From: an uncultured virus (IMG/VR IMGVR_UViG_3300033141_001977) | Taxonomy: Duplodnaviria > Heunggongvirae > Uroviricota > Caudoviricetes | DNA length: 64,000 nt | IMG/VR virus record: IMGVR_UViG_3300033141_001977 | Direction: 5' to 3' (one strand) | Shown: positions 58,667-64,000 of the stretch, piece after piece | Layout: every line of letters starts with the position of its first letter | Position numbering within the stretch: position 1 is the stretch's first letter | The notes under the pieces: model-generated | Told to the model about the DNA's origin: nothing | Database searches by the model: none | The model's input: the letters and a program-made list of their open reading frames with translations, nothing else | Program-made: the position numbers and the translations under genes

Positions 58667-58922
58667 CGTCTTCTCCTATTCTTTACGAGGGGCAAGGCAC
58701 ACCGGCGGCGTAGAGATGTGTTATTCGCCAGTGGCACACAGCCTTGCCCCTCATCGTTTGCTGCCAATCCCAAGCTCTCGACGCTTGAACTGCAGGAGCT
58801 GTGTGGCGTACTTGATTTGGGTCTTATCATCGTCTCTATAAACTGCGGCTAAGCATTTCTTGTGTGCCCGGCGCACACGCCATGTATAGTATCTACGTAT
58901 CAGTGGGTTCATAATTTTGTCC

Positions 58923-60305
58923 TCATTTTACCCAGTCTGGCACATCTACTTCGTCCTCTACTTCGTCATCTACTTCGTCATCATCGCTTTTCGGCACAGC
59001 GTCCTTAAACGTGGCGCTCGACCCGTTAAATATCAGGTCGAAGGTGCCTAGCGGGCCGTTCTTATGTTTAGCCACAGTCCCTTTAATCCTTATGTTACGA
59101 TGAAGGTGTGTCCGCTTTTGTGGGTTGTGTAAGAATATCACCTTATCAGCGGCTTGTTCAATTTCCCCGGATTCACGGAGGTCCGACAAACCAGGAGTCT
59201 TGAGGCTAATCCCTTTCTCTGACCGTCTCAACTGGGACAGCGCTATGACAGTAATGTCTAACTCGCTCGCTATCTCTTTGAGTCGGCGGGCGATCTCAGC
59301 AACGTCCTGCTGTCTATTCTCAGCCGTCTTCTTAGGGGCCTTAATCAACTGGAGGTAGTCAACAATGAGCACGCTGATATTATGCCGCTGCTTGATTACC
59401 TTAGCCCGCGAGAAGAGCTGTTGTATCCGCAAGGAAGCTGGTGAACCGATGTAGATCGGGAGTGCTTCAAGACTTTCCTTTATGCGATGCACAGCAGCCC
59501 TACGGTCTTCATTGAGTAGCCCGCGATGTAGGTTATGGAGTGATACACCTGCCTTCGCTGCTATGAGCCTATGCGTGATTGCAGACTTGGACATCTCTAA
59601 CGAGAAGTCGAGGACACCATATCCGGCAGTTGCGACATGGCGGGCAATATCCAGCGAGATGGTCGTCTTGCCGACTGATGTTCGCGCCCCTATGATCACT
59701 AATTCGCCGGCGTGTAGCCCGCCTATTATCTTATCCAGCTCGTTGAAGCCCGTCGGTACACCGGGCACTATCTGGTCACCAGCTGCTATCGCGTCCATCT
59801 CGGCCACGCTACTCTGCACCAAATCACGTAGATCGCTGATAGTACTCTTGGCTGATACGTCGATAAGGTCAGAAACGCACCGCTGCGCATACTCTACCTG
59901 CCCGTCGGCTTCGCCAGCCTCGTCATAACACCGGTCCATGACTCGGCTGCACACAGAAATTAGCCGCCGAAGTAGATACTTGTCCTTGACAATACCGGCG
60001 TAGTGTGTGATGTTCGTTATGGCCGAAACCTCTGTGAGTAATTTGGAGATATAGGCCATCCCCCCAACCTTGTCGACGTGTTTGCGCTTTTTGAGCTCAT
60101 CCCCCAATAGAATGAAATCGACCGGGATGTTTTGCTCGTGAAGCGCTATCACTGCCCTGTAAATCAATCGATGTGCAGAAAAATCAAATGCCTCAGGCGG
60201 CAAGATACTTGCAACCGTATCGATATAGGTGTTGTCGATAAGCAGACCACCTAAGACTATCCGCTCGGCCTCGCGGTTATGAGGTGGGACGTTAATGGTC
60301 ATCAA
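58923..60305 (-). CDS. dnaB: replicative DNA helicase
   Basis: PPHNREAE, GARTSVGKT, FSLEM, VDYLQL, ALSQL, DLRESGEIEQAAD, KHKNGP. Confidence 0.95.
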   Translation of the reverse strand: MMTINVPPHNREAERIVLGGLLIDNTYIDTVASILPPEAFDFSAHRLIYRAVIALHEQNIPVDFILLGDELKKRKHVDKVGGMAYISKLLTEVSAITNITHYAGIVKDKYLLRRLISVCSRVMDRCYDEAGEADGQVEYAQRCVSDLIDVSAKSTISDLRDLVQSSVAEMDAIAAGDQIVPGVPTGFNELDKIIGGLHAGELVIIGARTSVGKTTISLDIARHVATAGYGVLDFSLEMSKSAITHRLIAAKAGVSLHNLHRGLLNEDRRAAVHRIKESLEALPIYIGSPASLRIQQLFSRAKVIKQRHNISVLIVDYLQLIKAPKKTAENRQQDVAEIARRLKEIASELDITVIALSQLRRSEKGISLKTPGLSDLRESGEIEQAADKVIFLHNPQKRTHLHRNIRIKGTVAKHKNGPLGTFDLIFNGSSATFKDAVPKSDDDEVDDEVEDEVDVPDWVK

Positions 60306-61183
60306 TCTATTCCGTAGATGTCAAGTGTGTCCTTCAATCCAAGTAGCAGTTTGGACTTCAGAAAGTTGTTGGTCTCAAAACGTGTAGTAGTCTCACGGGC
60401 AGCCATCGCCATTGTGCAGACAAGCAGCTCATGATCGCAGATAGGGAGCTTCTGCCATTTGTAGGTCAACTGCTTGCCGTCGGCGAGCGCCACAAGTTCG
60501 ATGATGATGTTGCGGAGGGCGCTGGTATCACTCATCGTGCCATTATCCTTGAAGGCCTGGCGCTTAGTTGGGGCAAGAGCACAGGCAAAATACTCGATGA
60601 GGTATTTCAACTCTTTCTTCTCAAACCGTTTTAGGAACTTACGTGCAAGCTCTTGGGCGGTTACACCAGACTCACATTGTCCCTGCACTCCACTTTTGGT
60701 GGAGTTGGTGGGGACAGAGGTACTTCTTTTATCTTTCTTCTGTACAGACTCTTTAGAGTCTTCTATATCTATATCTATATCTGTCGCGCCGATTTTGCGC
60801 CGATTTTGTCCCAATTTAGATGAGCCTAATCCATCATCCCTTACTCTTAGATTAGCGTTCCTTTGCTGCTTCGCAAAGTCTGGGAAGCCCCACGCGCCGT
60901 TCTCATCTTGACACATAAGCCCTTTTTTTGCAAGCACATCGAGTACTTTTTGCGTTGCTTTTACATTGCGTCTGCGAGTCATATTGCATATCTCTTGCAA
61001 TGTCGCCGGCTGATCATGTTCGTATAGAAAGCCCCGGCGGATGCTCGGTTGGGTGAGAGATGCCCAATCATAGAGCCGTCGATAGAAGCCTTCTTGAGAA
61101 AGAGATAAAGAGAGCCACCTTAACGACGTGAGTGCTTTTGCTGGATGCCATTTATACCACGAGTATTCATTCGGCGACGGCAT
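60302..61183 (-). CDS. phage replication initiator/replisome organiser
   Basis: WYKW..LSLSQEGFY N-terminal winged-helix pattern, DIDIDIE linker, directly upstream of dnaB. Confidence 0.65.
   Translation of the reverse strand: MPSPNEYSWYKWHPAKALTSLRWLSLSLSQEGFYRRLYDWASLTQPSIRRGFLYEHDQPATLQEICNMTRRRNVKATQKVLDVLAKKGLMCQDENGAWGFPDFAKQQRNANLRVRDDGLGSSKLGQNRRKIGATDIDIDIEDSKESVQKKDKRSTSVPTNSTKSGVQGQCESGVTAQELARKFLKRFEKKELKYLIEYFACALAPTKRQAFKDNGTMSDTSALRNIIIELVALADGKQLTYKWQKLPICDHELLVCTMAMAARETTTRFETNNFLKSKLLLGLKDTLDIYGID
60746..60817. repeat. candidate iteron/origin region inside the initiator gene
   Basis: GCGCCGATTTT x2 (60786..60807), degenerate GTCCCAATTT, (CTATAT)x3, dyad AGACTC-ttta-GAGTCT. 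Confidence 0.5.
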
Positions 61184-61636
61184 CTTCGGCTTCCTTGTTG
61201 CCGCCTTTAAGTGTGATAGAGCCGGCAGGTATTGATGCAGCAAGGCCGCAGTCAGGGCAGGGAAGGCATAGTTTGCCAGTTGGCATAAAGCCAAGAGTGA
61301 TAATCTTCCATGTTCTCATGGTGATCTCCTGGAGGGGAATACGGGGCCGCGGGCTGCAATGCCTAAACCAACGGAGTTGGGAGGAAACCTTTGGCCCCGG
61401 AATTGTTTTACGGAAGTTCTTAATTTAAGCATTGCAAATCCACTGTTATCATACCCCGTTATCGGATGTCAAGCGGTAATCTTCTACCGCTTTATCTGGC
61501 CGCGCCGTTCGAGCCGGCCTATCTCGCGTTTCGCCGTCATAATCCTTGCCGTCCGGAGTCTCCATTGCGGAGGCCGCTACCCCTCCGCTTTCTCTAGCAG
61601 TCGTATCCTTGTATATCATCGTGGTCTCTTTCTCAG

Positions 61637-61936
61637 TTACTTCGCCTGGCGCTTGCGATAATGCTCCACAACAACATCGCGCCAGCCGCGCGCCGCCCTG
61701 AAGCGCATGGAGCACGAGGCCGGTATCCGCGTCCGTTCGCGGGTATAGACGTTATAGCCCTTGCGGGTGCGGATGTTGGACAGATAGAACCGCCCAACAC
61801 CTCTGATTGTGATATTATGTCCAGCCTTCAACTGCTCTTGGATATGCCCAAAGACAGCCTCTATGGCTAGTTTCGCCTGTGGCTGTGTGATAGCGGCCTC
61901 TGTTGCGACGTATCTGACTATTGGTAATGCTGACAT
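61637..61936 (-). CDS. HU/IHF-like DNA-binding protein
   Basis: ITIRGVGRF..RTRKGYNVYTRERTRIPA..RFRA. Confidence 0.85.
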   Translation of the reverse strand: MSALPIVRYVATEAAITQPQAKLAIEAVFGHIQEQLKAGHNITIRGVGRFYLSNIRTRKGYNVYTRERTRIPASCSMRFRAARGWRDVVVEHYRKRQAK

Positions 61937-61937
61937 G

Positions 61938-63817
61938 TTAATGTCCCTTTCGCTTATATTCCAGCCATGTAATCAGCCCCACCATACACATGAGAATTAC
62001 CGTTACAGCTATTATACCGTTCATACTGATGTGTCGCTCACGATTTCTCTCCTTTTGGTTTGGGTTTCTGTGGGATGGTGGTGCTATCGCCCTTATGCCA
62101 CCAGCCCGTCGCACAGCCACATTTGCCGCAGACGGCTTTGTCGCTGGACAAGAACTCCTTGGTGGTCATGCCAACCGGAATAGAGAACGGCTGCCTCCGG
62201 GTCTGAAAGCAACTTGAAATCGTATTTGCCCGCGCCGTTCACCGCGACGCCGAACCGTTTTGGCAGCCGCGTCAAGCCCCGCATCTTCGTTGCTCCTCTC
62301 TTGGGTGCATGAAATTGTCAACTATGGCGTGATACGTCCCGGCCTCTTTGGCCGCGACCTCTTCGTCTGGGTCGGCAAACGGCCAGCCCGCAGCACACAA
62401 TTCCTCGTCAAACCGGAATGTGCATTCCGGGCAATCCTCATCGCAGTATAACGGCGGCTCCGGGCCAGGGCAGGCGTCAAAGCCTATCAGATAGCCATAC
62501 TGCTCATCGCCTACTCTACTGGGCATCCTCCCTCCTTACTTATTAGTTAGCTGTCGGTGGTAATGAGGCATACCGTCTCTATGATGTCTATCCCAATCGG
62601 TTGCCCGTCCCAGCCCGCAAAGAACAAGAGCCAGATGCTGCGCCCGTTCGCGGCTTGTCCGAAATAGGCGCGGCCCATGTAGCTACGCCTGCTAGCTAAT
62701 AGCGAGAACTCAATGTCAACGGCAGCCCGCAGGCTTGAGTCAACACCGGTATACGGCAAACCAGGATAATGATGTGCTAGATTCTCCTCAAGTTGGGTCA
62801 ACAGGTTGTCAACAATAGCTGTCATAATAGATTCCTCCGTTAAGGTTGTTTAACTGCTTGGGATGTTACTACTATAGCGTGGCGGGCCATGCAAGAGGAG
62901 ACAAACACAGCCCGCCGAAATGCCCAGCATGCGCCAGGCGGTATGATACCTACTATTTGAAACGAGGCGGCCTGCCCTTCGTCAGACCGCCAGAAGTGTT
63001 CATGGAACTGCTAATGAACGCAAACAAACAGCCGAAGAGCGATGTGAACAGCACCGTTAGGATGCCGGTGGGGCGACTCATATCTCTCCCTTCTTTGTCA
63101 TTCGCGCCATTACATTACTATACATTATTACCCGGCCCCTCAAGCCGGTTGCATATTGGCCGCCCAACTGTATTCCCCGCTTCATAGCGGCCCCCAATGT
63201 TCTGGCAGTTCTATGGTTAGCAATCGGCCTTCTCTGTGCACCATGCCACGCCCGTGCTCAATCGCGTCTATTGCCGCAACGCTCAAATGGCCATTCCACT
63301 GCTCCAGCATTTCTATGGCACATGCGATACACGTGTTGTAATCCATCCGGCCATATAACGAGTGCCCAATAGCAGTGCCTCGTGATACGTGGGCAGTAGG
63401 GCATTTACAATTACGCCCTGCCGTTGCTAACGTGGAAATTGCGTCATCAAGACATGCGTTCTTTTGTGCTGTCATCCTCATAGTCTGTCTCCTCTCATTG
63501 TGAATAAAGCAGCATGATCGCCGCACAGATGAGGAGCGCCCAAACCACGAGCGCCCCAAGATAGTCCGAGCGGGCTTGTGGGGTCACGGCGCTGTCTCCA
63601 TTAGCCCGGCAACAAACCCGTTGAGAAATATCCGGGCCTCACGGATGCTGCTTGCCGTGAATAATGACTCTGACCCAACTCGTGTGGCCAACATAGCCTT
63701 GTGGCATAACCTATATTGCCGCCTATGTGTGAGCGGGTGTTCACTAATCCATACCTTGAGACCTATATCGTCCGCGCTAGCACAGAGCTTCGCTAAGCTG
63801 TCTCTAACCTGACTCAT
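61938..63817 (-). other. run of small leftward hypothetical ORFs (e.g. 62272..62526, 62547..62825, 63182..63559, 63584..63817)
   Basis: Short ORFs, several with GGAG/GAGG RBS; no recognisable family. Confidence 0.45.
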
Positions 63818-64000
63818 ACCCTCGCTCCTCTCGTCAATTCCCTTGCCTGTCGCAACGCCTCAGCCCAGTCCATACCGGACCGCTCCAACAGTCCTGCTAT
63901 GCTGCTTGCCGCCACATCAGTCGACGGGCAGCATGTTTCTCTGATATACTGTTCGACCGCAAGCCGCACCTCATTCGCACGGTTGTGCGCCAACAGGTGG

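Noticed and set aside
58944..58985. 12-nt tandem repeats
   Set aside because: They encode the acidic DnaB tail (DDEVDDEVEDEV).
61443..61472. TTGACA promoter upstream of the initiator
   Set aside because: The -35 is perfect but TATGAT is only 13 nt away and other -10 choices are weak; too ambiguous to call.
323..63812. Many opposite-strand ORFs in the track (e.g. 499..1086, 5269..5874, 19697..20260)
   Set aside because: Shadows of genes on the other strand with no motifs; only 21385..21564 was kept.

Overview
This window is most of the genome of a tailed dsDNA bacteriophage, probably circularly permuted. It has three blocks. (1) A leftward early block (1-6260) with an HTH protein, a DNA methyltransferase broken into three pieces around an HNH endonuclease, an ATP-grasp protein and SSB. 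(2) A rightward virion/lysis block (6400-40025): Mu-like portal, protease/scaffold and major capsid, neck/tail genes, a terminase displaced behind them, tail chaperone, tape measure, tail fibre, a glycosyltransferase, a LamG protein and an M15 endolysin. (3) A leftward early/replication block (40022-64000): tandem-domain GroES, degenerate SbcC/SbcD-like genes, two more methyltransferases, many repeat-linked chimeric mini-genes, a Sak4-like/PD-(D/E)XK/DUF669 module, RuvC-like resolvase, DnaB, replication initiator and HU. No integrase, transposase, DNA polymerase, CRISPR array or reverse transcriptase was seen. The best lead is the fragmented methyltransferase. An HNH gene sits inside it with no room for an intron and no intein, and appears to carry two short peptide tags fused to the cut ends. 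A separate 7-nt TAAATGC gap follows the catalytic SPPYW motif and has stop-hopping geometry. Other leads are a RiPP/signal-like peptide beside a glycosyltransferase, a ~130-nt tRNA-like RNA with a very long variable arm, and direct-repeat-bounded gene cassettes. All family calls come from motif recognition by eye; no searches were run.
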